Shown: piece after piece, positions 28,090 to 40,691 of the stretch
Layout: every line of letters begins with the position of its first letter
Position numbering within the stretch: position 1 is the first letter of the stretch
From: the human T2T-CHM13v2.0 reference genome, Homo sapiens
NCBI RefSeq assembly: GCF_009914755.1
Contig: NC_060932.1
Length of the DNA stretch: 64,000 bases
Direction: 5' to 3' (one strand)
Notes under the pieces: generated by a model
What the model saw: only the letters and a program-made list of their open reading frames with translations
Told to the model about the DNA's origin: nothing
Database searches by the model: none
Translations under genes and position numbers: made by a program

Positions 28090-30560
28090 TTAAATATTCA
28101 AGAAATGATTATTGAACTCTTGTTATGTGCCAGGCATTGTGCTAATCTCAGGGGATACAGTGATGAGCTAGACCTACATGGAGCATGCCTTTAAGGAATT
28201 TACAATGTAGCCAGAGAGACAGGCAAGTAAGAAACCAATTGCAACAAATTATAGCCAGTGTCACATAAAGGTAAAACTGAGTCTTCAAAAAGTTTATGGA
28301 AAATGCATATTATTTTAAAAACTATAAATGGAGCTCAATTTTTTTGCACCAAAATAAACTCATACTAACTTTTTATAACATGTCAGAACGGTATCTAGTT
28401 TGAGTCACTAAAAAGGATAAGACATCATTTTCAATTGAGCCCTATCAGAGCAACAGGAATTCTACTAATATTGCAGCAAGAACAAACATCAAATTTATGA
28501 TGAATCTTGGGTGGAGGAATGATGAAATCGTTCACACTTTATGAAAAGTTTATGGGGACAATGTCCCAAAGAAACCAGCAGTTTACAAATGAATAATACA
28601 TTTTAAGAAGGAATGAAATAGCATTGAAAACAAAGCCCTCAGTGGAGACTATCCACATCAATTAGCAAAAAAAAAAAAAAAAAAAAAAAATCTTGTTTGT
28701 GCCCTAATTGAAGAGGACTGATAATTAATGACCCAAACAATAGCCAACACCATAGACATCTCAACTGGTTCAGCTTGCACAATTCTGATTAAAAAATTAA
28801 AGTTGAGCAAATTTTCCACTTAGTGGGTGCCAAAACTATTGCACCCAGGTCAGCTGCTGCAGAGAAGAGCAGAGCTTTCAATGGAAATTTTAAACAAGTG
28901 GGATCAAGATCTTGAAGCATTTCCTCAAAGAATTGTAACAGGAGATGGAACATGGCTTTATCAGCACAATCCTGAAGACAAAGCACAATCAAAGCAATGG
29001 CTACTGAGATGTGGAAGTGGTCCAGTCAAAACAAAAGTAGACCAGTCAAGAGCAAAAGTCATGGCAACAGTTTTTTGGGGATGCTTGAGGAATTTTGCTT
29101 GTTGACTTTCTGAAGGGCCAAAGAATGATAACATCTGCTTATTATGCGAGTGTTTTGAGAAAGTTAGCCAAAGCTTTGGCAGAAAAATGCCTGGGAAAAC
29201 TTCACCAGAGAGTCCTCCATCATGACAATGTTCCCACCCATTTCTCTCATCAAATAAGGGCAATTTTGTGAGAGTTTTCATGTGAAATCATTAGGCATTC
29301 ACCTTACAGTCATGATCTGGCTCCTTCTGACTTCTTTCTGTTCCCTAATTTAAAAAAATTATTAAAGAGAACCCATTTTCAGTTAATAATGTAAAAAAGA
29401 CTGCATTGACATGGATAAATTCCCAGGATCCTCAGTTATTTGGGGATGGACTAAACAGCTGATATCATCACTTACAAAGTTGTATTGACCTTGATGAAGT
29501 TTATGCTGAGAAATCAAGTTTATATTTTTTATTTTTCTCTTTTAATTCCATTTTTCCATGAACTTTCTGAAGCCCTCTTGTATAAGGCACTTAACAAAGG
29601 CTAGAAAAATCAAGGAAGACTTCTCAGAAAAGGTTTCCACTTTCAGTTAATGCCTGAAGGATGACAAGGAGCTAGACATAAAAGTGTAGTGGGTGAGGGA
29701 TTAAGACTGTTCTAGGCAAAAGCAACAGCTTCACGTGCAAAGGTCCTGAGGCAAGAGAGAGGTGCATAGAGATTCTGAAAGAAGTTTACAATGGCTGTAG
29801 AAAAAAGATGTAAGAAAAACTGTGTTGAAATCTGAGGGTAAGCAGTAGGATGTGGCCAGGTTATGGCCAGTCTTGGAAGCCAAGTTAAGGAAGCTGGCCA
29901 TTATCTAAGGTCATTAGGAGTCCTTGAAGAGTTCTAAGCAGGAAAATATGTGATGGGTTTTATATCTTGAAAAAGTCCTGTTGACTGCAATGTGAGATAA
30001 CTACTGAGGGAGGGAAACTGTTTGGGGAAGACGTTGCAATAATTTAGATAAGAGATGGCCCTGGCCTGGACTAAGGTATTGGCCCAAGATATAAAGAAAC
30101 AGACAATGTTGAGCTATTTAGGTGACCAAGTTGACAGGACTTAGATATGAGCTGGATGGATATAGGAGGTGAAGAAGAAGGAGACCCAAGGATGATCTCA
30201 GGACTCTTCCTACCTACCTCGGTGAAGGGTGCTCAGAGACTGAGGAGAAGGCTTAGTGGATCGGAAGAAAAATCAGGAGTAAAACTTTAGATATGAGGAG
30301 TTGGAGGTGATTTTAATGTATCCAAGGCAAGACACTTAGTAAGCAGTTGAATAATCCCTCTGGGAACCAGGAGGGAGACCAGGGTTGGACACAGATGTGG
30401 AAGTCATTAGCATATAGATGGTGATTAAAACCATGGATAAGTAGCAACTGCTCAGGGAGAGGGTACTGAGATGAGAATAAAGCCTGAGTGAGAACCCAGA
30501 AGACATTAACATTTTGTGTCCCACCAAAGGAAGAAGAGCCTAGAAAGGAACAGTTGAAAA
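28090..30560 (-). mobile_element. Long L2 split by HSMAR2
   Basis: The L2 tail at 28095-28270 continues at 29581 (caaggaagacttctcag...gtgcaaaggtcctgaggcaag...gtcattagcatatagatggtgattaaaaccatgg). Confidence 0.8.
28275..29580 (+). mobile_element. HSMAR2 mariner transposon, near full length, inactivated
   Basis: TIRs gtcttcaaaaagtttatggaaaat / atttttccatgaactttctgaag. Transposase motifs WVPKLL, IVTGDGTW, HHDNVP and PYSHDLAPSDFFLFP are present, with stops, frameshifts and an A-run near 28667-28690. Confidence 0.93.
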
Positions 30561-30599
30561 GAATAGGAAATGTGCATGGCGGCCATTTCACAACCCCAG

Positions 30600-30855
30600 A
30601 GTGCAGGGCGGAGGTTACCCTGAAGACCCGGAGCCAGGCTGCCTATGGGGAAGTCCTGGCTCCATTAGTAAGCAAGATGAGCTTCAGCAACTTACTTAGC
30701 TTCCTGGGCCTCAGTTTCCCTCATTTTAAAATGGTGATAACAACATCTGTAGAATCTGCCTTATAGAGTGGTTCTGAGGTTCAGATGACTTACTTTGTAT
30801 ACAGTGCTCAGAACAGGACCTGGCATGTACCAAGAGCCCATCAGGTGCTTCTTGT
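30600..30855 (+). mobile_element. MIR
   Basis: gggcctcagtttccctcattttaaaatggtgataa...gtgctcagaacaggacctggca. Confidence 0.8.
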
Positions 30856-30999
30856 TAAGTGTACCTTACAGAAAACATCTTATAGAGTTCATTTAGTCTG
30901 CCAGGAGCCACGTGTTCCAAGTAATAAAAAGTGCATAAAAATGAACTGCTTACTACCTACCCACCTTGTATAAGCTACTTATATTCATAACTATCCCCA

Positions 31000-31190
31000 A
31001 ATAAGACTTGTATTTGCATAGAACTTTCATTTAGCAAAAAGCTTTCATTGATCCTTTAATTTACCCCACAATCCTGTGAGGAAAGAGAGCTGTTTTCTTA
31101 TCCAAGAGATCAAGAAAACTACCCAAGGTCATGCAGAATGTAAGACGCACACTCAGGATTTGAACCCTAGTTATCTGGTTGAAGGTTCAC
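31000..31190 (-). mobile_element. MIR fragment
   Basis: acccaaggtcatgcag...ggatttgaaccctag. Confidence 0.6.
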
Positions 31191-31699
31191 TAGTCGTCAC
31201 AGGTCAGTCTCTCTTCTTTCTCTGCTTGGAAATACATTTGTAGGTCCTTGTCTCCATAGCACTCCAAAAATGTTTCCATTCATTTTCAAGATGGCTTTCA
31301 CCTGCAGAACTCCTGCTATGCTAGCAGTACATATCTGGTACTGTTAGAGAGGCTGTGGGTCAAACGACATCAGGAAATAAATGTTAATAACTCGACCTCC
31401 CTGTCTGTCATATGGTAAGCTCCAATGGTCAATCCACATTTGAAAGACACTAAACAGCTGATCAAACTCTCAGTTACAGAGTATCCTTCCCAGCCCCATC
31501 ATTTCCAATGGGCTGATAGAAAATAACTGAAGGCCATCCAAATAGACCAAGTGGTTATGTTTTGTATTCTTTAGCAATTTAACTTAAGAAAATCCAGCAA
31601 CTGAATGATCCTTATGCCCCAGGTTGAGACAAAAAAAAAAAATCAGGTGATATTATGTATTCAAAACTCTGAAGAGGTGGTTGGTTTCTTAAAATCTGT

Positions 31700-31915
31700 G
31701 TTTGTGGACACAACATTGAGTCAGAAAGGGTTATTCTGCAGCTGACATTGTGTTCCAACAATCATCCAGACTGAGAGGTGAGTCACCATCCATCAGGCAC
31801 TTCATCAAAGTTCTTCCACTTGGTTGTCACCAGGCAACAAGGGGCTCTGAGCAGCACGTAATTAAAGCCGGAGCAGCTGAGAGGGAAAGGCGGCTGATCA
31901 TTTAGACGTCAAGAA
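31700..31915. promoter_or_regulatory. Candidate enhancer (TF motif cluster)
   Basis: TGAGTCA at 31717 and 31779, CAGCTG at 31739 and 31874, ATCAAAG at 31804, TACGTGCTG on the minus strand at 31852-31860, TAATTA at 31859 and GACGTCA at 31905. Motif evidence only. Confidence 0.35.
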
Positions 31916-31919
31916 AGAG

Positions 31920-32335
31920 CCAGGTTGACAGGATGATGGATTGAAAACATGCATTTAGCCTTGCTCTCTCCCCAAACCCCACAAAAATGACAGTAAAAGG
32001 ATTTTATTACAGGCATAAACCCACAAGGACAAAGAAAATGTGAAAAGAGACAACAGTAATGAAATTTTGGAAGCTGGAAAGCAGATGGGCAAGTGGTGAC
32101 TGACTCAACAAACCTGAAAATATGAATCCTAAGGCGGTAGCCGGAAAGCCAAGAAGCAACCAGATTTACGTTGCATAATCCCCAAATGGCTCAGGAATTA
32201 GCAGGACCAGGCATTTCTAAAAGTAGGAAATGTGAAAAGAGACAACAGTAATGAAATTTTGTTGGGACCAAAAGCAAGAAGATTCATTGGATGTCTTCTT
32301 AAGAGACCATCAGACCCTCAGAGAGCCTTCCTATG
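31920..32335 (+). mobile_element. HAL1 5' region
   Basis: ccaaaccccacaaaaatgacagtaaa...ataaacccacaaggacaaaga...aaattttggaagctggaaagcagatgg. Confidence 0.7.
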
Positions 32336-32337
32336 CA

Positions 32338-33240
32338 GCAGTATAATAGATTGCATTATCTTTCCATTTCGTCAGCCCTCCCTCTGCTGTGTGATTTGTA
32401 GTCACTCCCACTAAAAGCAGAATGTATATCTGTGCCTCAGTGAGGTTATGCTTGGCTAAGAGACTTCCTTGGCCCGTGGAATGTGGGCAGAGTACAGTGA
32501 ACAAAGCCTGAGCTTGGGCTATAAAAGACATTGTGTCCCCCCACTTGTTCCTATTGAAGGTCTGACACTGCACTAGAAGAGAATTCCTGTGTAGCCTGTT
32601 GGTCCAAGAAGAATAAGCCACATGGAACAGACCTGATCTAAGCCCACAGCTTGAATCCAAGCCCAACCAAGCTCAGACGACCTGCAGTCCCATAAGCTAG
32701 AAACCAGCTCTTGTAGCTGTAACAGGCCACTGATATTTTGAGGTTATTTGTTCCACAGCAGAGTTGACTCAGATGGCAATAGGTACCTACAAGTACTAAA
32801 CACTACAGTGTGTAGTTTTTATTATAGCAGCATTCCACTTCTAGGTACCCAACTTCCTCTTACCCTTTGGTTTTGGAGGCCGCAGGTGCTAGACCAAGCC
32901 ATGCAGGCAATGCCAACCAGACACGTCTCAGCCAGCCCTCCTTCTGGGAGAATCATTTCCAATGTTGGTCTTGGTTTTGGGAATAGGTCACAGGTAGCAA
33001 TATATTATAACTACAACCTGTTGCAATATATATGTTTTCAGAGGCTAGAAAAAACGATGAGGACAGTATTATAGGAGGCTAGAAAAATGGTACCCCATGT
33101 TTTTTAATGGCAAAACGTTTGGTATAATTGTTACCTACAGTAACTTGGAAGATTGAAAATATACCTAATGAACTCAAAGACTTGAGCAGGGAGGTGTACA
33201 GGCAGCATGCTGATGGAGGCAACTGGAGCACCTTCAGCAA
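32338..33240 (+). mobile_element. MLT1 (H/I-like) LTR plus start of MLT1-int, interrupted at 32847-32967
   Basis: The LTR ends near gaggttatttgttccacagca. The internal sequence follows: ggcaaaacgtttgg...cagtaacttggaagattgaaaatatacctaatgaact. Confidence 0.65.
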
Positions 33241-34394
33241 TCTTAGAGTGAAGACAGTGAGGAGCTGGCGAAGACGGAAGAATTTAGAGAAGAGGCCATG
33301 CTCCACAAATGTCAGGGAGGGAGCGTACCAGAGGCTGGACTAAAGCTGAGCACAGACTTCCTGCTCAACTCTGCCTCAGATGGGGCTTGATTTGGAGGCA
33401 CCTGGGTTTGACGAGGCCCCGTGCCTGCCATCAGTCATGACTGGAGCCTTCTGGAGCAGGTGATTCCTAAAACACTTCATGTGTGTATCATATTTTAACA
33501 TTCCTCCCAGTGCCTGGTACTCAGCAAATGTTTCTTGAACAAATAAATAAATGGTCTTAAGTCATTTAACCCCCTTACTTCAGTTTCCTGGGTCTCGTTC
33601 AGCAATAAGTTTCCACGATGGATATCCATCCTGATCCTCAAGCTACAGAGATGCCTGAGAACTTCTGTGGTCTGTTTGTCCTGCTTCAGACTGTCCCTCA
33701 GGCATCCACAGGTAGGACCAAGTGGCCAGCACCCTCCATGCTGAGCCCCTGGTCCTCTCCAGAGCATGGAGTCCAATGTCAGTCAAGGCACAGCCATGCC
33801 TGGACTAAGCGAGAGAGAGGAAGGGGTCATCTGGCTAAAGTATTGTTTAAACACCTTATTTCTCTGATTACTTTTTTATCATGTCAACAAAAAAAGGAGC
33901 AAGTTCTTCCTAGGGCAGTGTTAGACCCAAGCTCCTCTTGGAATCCCTGGAAGATGCCGGGCAGGAGGGCAAGTGGGAACCGACTGCTGAGTGTATCTGG
34001 GAGGAAGCCCCAGAGAGCTGCCCTCCTTGTCCTCTGTTCCTAAGGGAACTGAGAGTGCTGGGTCTTGTCCACGCAAAGAATGCAAGTACAGGACTCCAAG
34101 TCTGTCCCATGAAACAACTGACCACTCACATCTTCTTCCTCGGCTCCCTCTCACACCAGACCCCGCTGAAATCTACCAGCCTTACAAACTGCCTCTTCTC
34201 CGCCAAGCTCTGACATCTCTTCCTGATTCCAGCACCTCCTCTTCCTGTGGCCTCATCTGCCATCCATCCTTGGCTGGCAGAACCCCACTTCCTCTTACCC
34301 CTGGTTTTGGGGGCTGCAGGCACTAGGCAAAGCCATGTAGGCAATACCCACCAGACACATCTCAGCCCTCCTGGGAGAATCATTTCCAGTGTTG
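32847..34394 (+). repeat. Dispersed direct duplication of about 120 bp (32847-32967 / 34282-34394)
   Basis: acttcctcttaccc...aagccatg...ccagacac...ctgggagaatcatttcca appears in both. Roughly 85% identity with small indels. Confidence 0.92.
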
Positions 34395-35599
34395 ACACCC
34401 CCAGGCCTGTTGTCCCCTGCTCATCTCTGGTCACAGCTGAGAGCACCCGTGTTGTCAGCAGGCTCTTAATGGGGCTTTCCATCAGCTCCCAAAGCCCACA
34501 GGGCCTGAAGGCAAATTTCACACCTAACACACCCCAGCTAAGGAGAAAGATAGAAACACAGTGGGAAAGATTTGAATGTTGTGATGATCAGAGGCCCTTA
34601 AGTGTGGATGGCACTGCATAGTTCCCTGGGACTAATTTTTTCCAGGGTGCTAAGGGAGCACAGGAGATCTGCAGCTTGTGAAGATGAGAGCAGAGTTCTC
34701 TGCCCGGCTTGCCAACTGCCTGTGTGGCCACAAATGCAACTGACAGAGCTGGCTGTCAGAGGCAATAGCAAGACTTCTTTTTTTTTTTTAAGAAGTAACA
34801 CTTTCTGTTTCCCAGTGTTTCCTTCTATCTCCCTCCTTTCCTTCATCCCCACGGGTTTTGAGGAGTTTGGGTGGCTGCACATCCTAGATCTCTGCTAACA
34901 AGCCCAGATTTCTCACAGGAATGCTTCTGGCGCTGGCCCAAGACTCCAGTCTCTCACAGAGTGGAGTAGCTGTCAGGACAATCACATTCACATTTGGGAG
35001 AATGACAGCAGCCCTTCCAACCTGGGGCAGATGGGGCAGTGGCTCACCCCCGTCACCCATTTCATCTGTCACCAGATGAAGACTAGCCGCTGCTGACGGT
35101 GGCTCCTCAACCTAAGAGTCTCTCATTGCTGGTGCTTCCCAACTTAAAGAATATTGTAGGAGGCACAAAGTTGCCACAGTCCCTCAGAGGTCTTCATGAT
35201 GTGAACCGAGGGTCAGCTGATGGCTGTTAGGACCTGACCTTATGCCAATCATCTTTGTAATAGCTCTCTTGCCTCCAATCTGGAGAGACATTAAGAGTTG
35301 AGCAAAAATCTACCTTGCACTAAATGGTGTGTAAAACAAAGATGACAAGCAATTATCAAACTGCCCTTTCCAAGATCCAAGAAAATCTCCCTGCAAGGGC
35401 CAGGGTTTAAAATGAAGGATCAGAGATCTCAAGGGGGTCCTGCAATAAAACAGTTTAAAGAGAACCAGGGCTCAGCCAGAGCCTTGCTCATGACAGGCAC
35501 TTGATAAACGCACACTGCATTCAGTGAGATGGAAGGAGAGTAACTTAGGCCAAGGTGCTATTATAAGATGATCATGTGGATTTTAGAGGGCACAGCCAT

Positions 35600-35855
35600 C
35601 TCTGTCATACAGAATTGTGACTGCGTCACCTTTTGTTGAATGAAGTAAATTATCAAAACTGAGGGGGTAATGGGAATTCCCAAATTTGTAGCCAGTTGGT
35701 CAAAAGTGCAGGTGGCCTGTGGGCTTTGGGAGCTGATGGAAAACCGCCATCAATCCCAGAGCTTGTGGCTAGTGTTTGAAATAAGAGAAGTCTTGTAGAG
35801 GGCAGAGCCCTTGACCTAACTCCAGGTAGTCAGCAACAGAATTGCACTGCAACTC
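35600..35855 (+). mobile_element. MER21/MER77-like LTR fragment
   Basis: aaattatcaaaactgagggggtaatgggaattcccaaatttgtagccagttggtcaaaagtgcaggtggcctg. Confidence 0.65.
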
Positions 35856-37629
35856 TCACAGACTCTGTAGACACCATGGTGAGAAAGAGAGACACAGTCC
35901 TGGCCTTCTAAGGGCTTAGCATCCAGCCGACATGGCAGACACTCATAGCAAGTACTGTGGGAGCTGCATTTGAAGTGCACTCCAGGGTATGGGCCGTCCT
36001 ATGGCAGAAGGAGCCTCAGCACCTAGGGACCTCAGGAGCAAGCCTGTCTCTTACTCATCCATATTTTGGATGGCAACTCATGATGGTGACTTGGACATCA
36101 GTAGAATATGACAGGACTTTGTTCAGGCCAGAACGTTTTCTCCTTTGAAAGTTCCTCGGTGAGTGACCCCTTCTCCCTTGCCCAGATGGGTCATGCCACA
36201 TGGAAAGCAGAAATATTCCCAGCCCTGAGCCCGAGGCCCTCCTCATTTCCCCTGACCTCTCCTGGCTTCCTGCTTTCTGCTTTTCTTTCCCTTCTGAACC
36301 CACCTCTCATACTTCTCCCCTCTCCCTGATTCATTCTCTCTACCTCTAATCAGAGAAAAATACTCTTACCATGAGGGAAACAATCGTCATCCTCTTTCAA
36401 TCGAAAGGATGACTGCATTGTTCTGCAATAACAAACAAGAGCAATTTGGACATGAGGGCAAAAGAGGAGAGAGAGGAGAGGACAAAGGGAGGAGAAGAGA
36501 GGATTGAGGCCAGAGTTCTCTTTCCACAGCACTCCAGGCAGACCCTACAAAGTGATCCAGTTAGCACTCGAGACAAAACTGACTCGCCATTCCTGGCAGT
36601 GTAAATAGACTAGTAGACTATAACTTATGCTAAAGATAATATAGAAATAAGAATCATCATTATCATCATCATAAATGCCATGCATGATTCTAGAATCATA
36701 ATATTTTCATGAACAAGTATTGCAGAGCTGGGACGAGGAGTCTTGCCTCTGATAGATGATCTATGGCTTCCCCCAAGTCCTTGATCCTCTCTGAGCCTCA
36801 GTTATTTATCTGCAAAATGGAGCTCTGACCCATTTTGGCACACAAACAGCCTATAAGAGAGCCAGGATTTGGCTTAGTTCATGTCACTCAGAACCCAGAG
36901 ATCTTTCCTCCATCCCATAGCCGCCACTCTCCCCTTCAGATCACTGCTGTCTTGCCAAGTGAATAAATGGCAGAAGCAATGAATAAGGCGAGAGTGAAGA
37001 AGAAGCTTAAAGAGAAAGTATCGCCAAATGCCTCACAGTCTTAATTAAATGAGAATATAGGGATAGAACAATAAGTCCCTAGACCTAGTTTTATATTTTA
37101 GAAGGGGGGAGGACGTTGGCCCTAGGGAAACAAAAGGGAAGTGCCTTCCAGAGAGTCCACTAACTATTCTCTTTCGTAGAGAGGGCAAATGTGAATATAT
37201 AAAATCTCACTAAAAAGTAGACTTACTGGGCCTATCTTGGAGCCTAGAACAAGGCAAAAGCTGAAGCCCAAGGACATGACTCTTCTGAAAAAATAAAAGT
37301 CACAGATCATTAATAATTAGGAAGCTGAGACATCTGGGGTCTAAAATGTGACTCTTACCCATTTGCTCATTTTGCAAAAACAGGCAGTAAGTTAAGGACT
37401 CTAGGAAATACAGTGTTTAACAACATAACAGACTCTGCCCTTAAGTGACTTGGGCTCACATATTTATAAAAGTTTCCAGTAAAACATAAATTAGTACTTT
37501 AGAAACAAGATAATTCTTAATCTATTTTCGGTTTAATTAAATACAATAAGGAGGGGAGAAATGGCTAAACACAGAGGTAGCAAAATCAAAACTCAGTGTT
37601 TTCAAACATAACTGATCTTAAAAATAGTT

Positions 37630-37980
37630 ATAGAAGATATTGAGACAATTGACAAAATTTATATATAGACTGTAGCTTAGATACTAGTATTGTAGTATCT
37701 AATTTCCTAATATTGATCATGGTAATGTGGTTATGAAAGGAATATGCTCAATCTTAGGAATACACACTCAGGTATTTAAGGGTAATGGGATGTGGTATCT
37801 TCAAGTTACTTCCCAGTAGTTTAGAAAAAAACGTACAGAGAAAGAAAGCAACAGAAAATGATGGAAAGTAAACAAGCAAAAATGTGAACCCATAGGAGAA
37901 TCTAGGTAAGGGAATTAGAATAAATATTTGTACTATTCTTGACGTTTTTCTATAAGTTTGAAATTATAATTTAAAGTAAC
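37630..37980 (+). mobile_element. Ancient L1M (L1MC/ME) 3' end
   Basis: atttcctaatattgatcatggtaatgtggttatg...ttgtactattcttg...taagtttgaaatt. Confidence 0.75.
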
Positions 37981-38420
37981 CCCATACTCTCATGATTGAT
38001 ATAATGAATAAATCATGGATGTAAAAGGAACATTGCTTATCCACCCCCAAAGAGACTTCATTTGGCCAGCACTGAATCTGAATCATGGTTTTCCTATCTT
38101 CTGCAGCCAAAACACAAGAAAATCTCAGGCTGGTTACATGCCAAGCATGGAAAGGTAACATGTTTTAGAATGTGAGGCCAATGACTATGTTTAAATGAAT
38201 CAACTCAAACCAGTTTCTCCAAGTTTACCCAAACATAGCCGGCAGAAAGAGACACCTAATCAGAGTGAGACTATCCAAGTCACAGTAATCACTAATCCCC
38301 AACTGTCTCTAAGCCACAAATGCTACTGCAAACACACACCGAAGGCAAGTGCTTTGAAATTTTATAGCAATATAGGTACACGTATGTATCTACATATATT
38401 CTGAGGAAGGAAGCGGTTAG

Positions 38421-38511
38421 GGGAGAGAGAAAGAGGGATAGGGAGAGGGAGGTGGAGAGAGAGAGAGACAGACACAGAGAGAGAGAGAGACAGACACACA
38501 GAGAGAGAGAC
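38421..38511. repeat. (GA)n/(GACA)n compound microsatellite
   Basis: Read directly from the sequence. Confidence 0.9.
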
Positions 38512-40387
38512 TATCTACTCTGGACCATTAAATAATGCCTACTTGGATGACAGTCAAGAAATTATATGTACAACAAGGTAAAAGTCCCCTACATAACCTC
38601 ACAAAACTGAGTAAGAAAAATGATTGAAAAAAGAACACCCTTCATAAGGCTGAAATCCCTTTTACCTAGCCCACACCATTGTGCCCAGCTGGAAGTATAC
38701 AATCATGTAATGGTTGCACTTCACTTTCATTCTCAAAATGCATTCTACCTGAAGTTTACAATTTAATAAAATATAGAGATACCAATTAGGGAAAAGTTAA
38801 ATTCTGAAAATGCCATATTTAAATGAAATGTTAATCCCCCCTCCCAAAGAAATAAATGAAAACAGGAAAGGTTTCTTCCTTAATGGAGCTCAGAGATAAA
38901 TTCAGACCCTGTCATTAACCCACTGGGATGCTTGAAAGTAATTTTGATTCTTGCTTTGTTGAGAGGGATCTAGTTCTGGCATACCATAAATTCTAATTAA
39001 ACAAAAAGGGAAAAACTTTAAAAATGAGCAATGCAATCAATTATAAACATTCTATTTAGAGTAATGTTAGCATAACAAGTAAGCTTAAAAAAGGAAAAAA
39101 GAAAATAATTATTAAACAGATGGGTAGTAAAAAGAAAAGTTGGGGTTTTTTTTTTTTTTTTTTTTTTTTAGCACAAAGCCTTAATCTGAAGCCAAGCAGA
39201 GATGAAGATAAACAAGAAGTTGCCCTCCGCAGCCAAAGAGCATAATACCCAGGAAATCAAATGAAATCAGTCTAAAATACTGACTGCAGTTAACATGAAC
39301 TTAGCATCCTGATGCCAAATGAAAGATTTAAGCAAGTTCCCTATTTTTAGGGCTTTGTATCTTGGTAGCTGTATAATGAATCAGGATGTGTCTTGGAAAA
39401 CTCGCTGGCAGCCTGGAGGATATTTGTTTTCCTACCAAAAATAGTTGGAGTCTCCTAAAATGTGAAAGGGACACAAAGTGAACAGAGCACTTGAGGAATC
39501 TGGCTCAACCGTTGAATCAGAAGAGATCAGTCAGGAGTCCAATGCTAAGGCCTGACACCTTGTCTGGTTAAACAAGAGCCTGAAGGAACACAAGGATGGC
39601 AAGTAAAAGATGAGACAGTGCTTTGTCTATGGTGTGAGACATGTAATGCAGATCTCCTAAGAAAAACTGGGAGATTTCAGAGCTGAGACCCTACCAGGCT
39701 GTTGGAATGGAGCCCCCAGGCTGGGGTGTCATAGATCGAGGTACCCCACAGCAGAGGTCCCTTACTTGGAAACTAGTAAATTCCTACCACCACCATAAAA
39801 AGATGTGCACTTCTCCTCCAGAAACACTTTTTCTATTGGACCTCAGCATCGCCCATACTATTTTACTTCTGTGTCAGCGTAGCTCAGGGTTCAAACTCTG
39901 ATGGTATGATCCCACCTGGGGCATCCTTCACCATGCAGGGTCTCAGTCCTCTCACCTATAAAATGAGAGGGTAGAACAAGTAATCACTGAGGTCCTTTCC
40001 AGTTCTAGAAATGGAATTATAATGAGCAATTCTAAATTCAGAGAAATTAACTTTCGGATCTCCATAGTCTTGGCTGTGGGCACTTGTAATCGACATGTTT
40101 TTGTCTGGTCAAATCACACAATTACATCTAGTTGGCCAAGGATGGACCAACAGGCTTCCTAAGAGCTTTTAGGAAAATCTTTAACCCTGTTACCTTAATC
40201 TCATAATGCTTGTAGGAATTTACTCGTACAGCATAATTGGTCACATAAACTGAAGCTTCGTTATTATATCACTGATGTAGGGAGGAATCGAGCCCAAGGA
40301 GAAAACTCCTTGGAGTTCGTTCAAGGGAGCTGTGTTATTAAAGGACTGAGGGGGCTACATTACATAGATGTTTTACCTGCTTACGAA

Positions 40388-40630
40388 ATAATAAGAACAA
40401 TATCTAAGAGATGTTGACTGTTTGCCATATGCCAGAACCTGTTCTAGGGTCTTTGTGTGATTGTCTCACTAAAATCTACTATCAATCCTAAAAAATGGGT
40501 CATTATCCCTCAACTGCTCTAGCAGAAGAGAAAACTGAGGACAAGGAGGCTAAATAACTCACCCAAGGACACTCAGAAATAGGATTTGAACCTGGATACC
40601 TGGTTTCAGAGCTAGCATGCTTCACAAGGT
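40388..40630 (-). mobile_element. MIR
   Basis: gaaaactgaggacaaggaggctaaataactcacccaagg...ggatttgaacctgg. Confidence 0.8.
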
Positions 40631-40691
40631 TTCAGTATAAATACAACTGGACAGTATATGAATGATGCCAATTCCTTGAACTCCTAGCCCA

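Noticed and set aside
28827-29105. Transposase-like ORF
   Set aside because: A fragment of the inactivated HSMAR2, not an intact CDS.
36684-36699. 16-bp palindrome atgattctagaatcat
   Set aside because: About one such palindrome is expected by chance in 64 kb (64000/4^8).
37227-37284. Possible 58-nt minus-strand exon (ttttattttttcag acceptor, gtaagt donor)
   Set aside because: Splice-like signals only, with no recognisable coding content. Such pairs are common in long introns.
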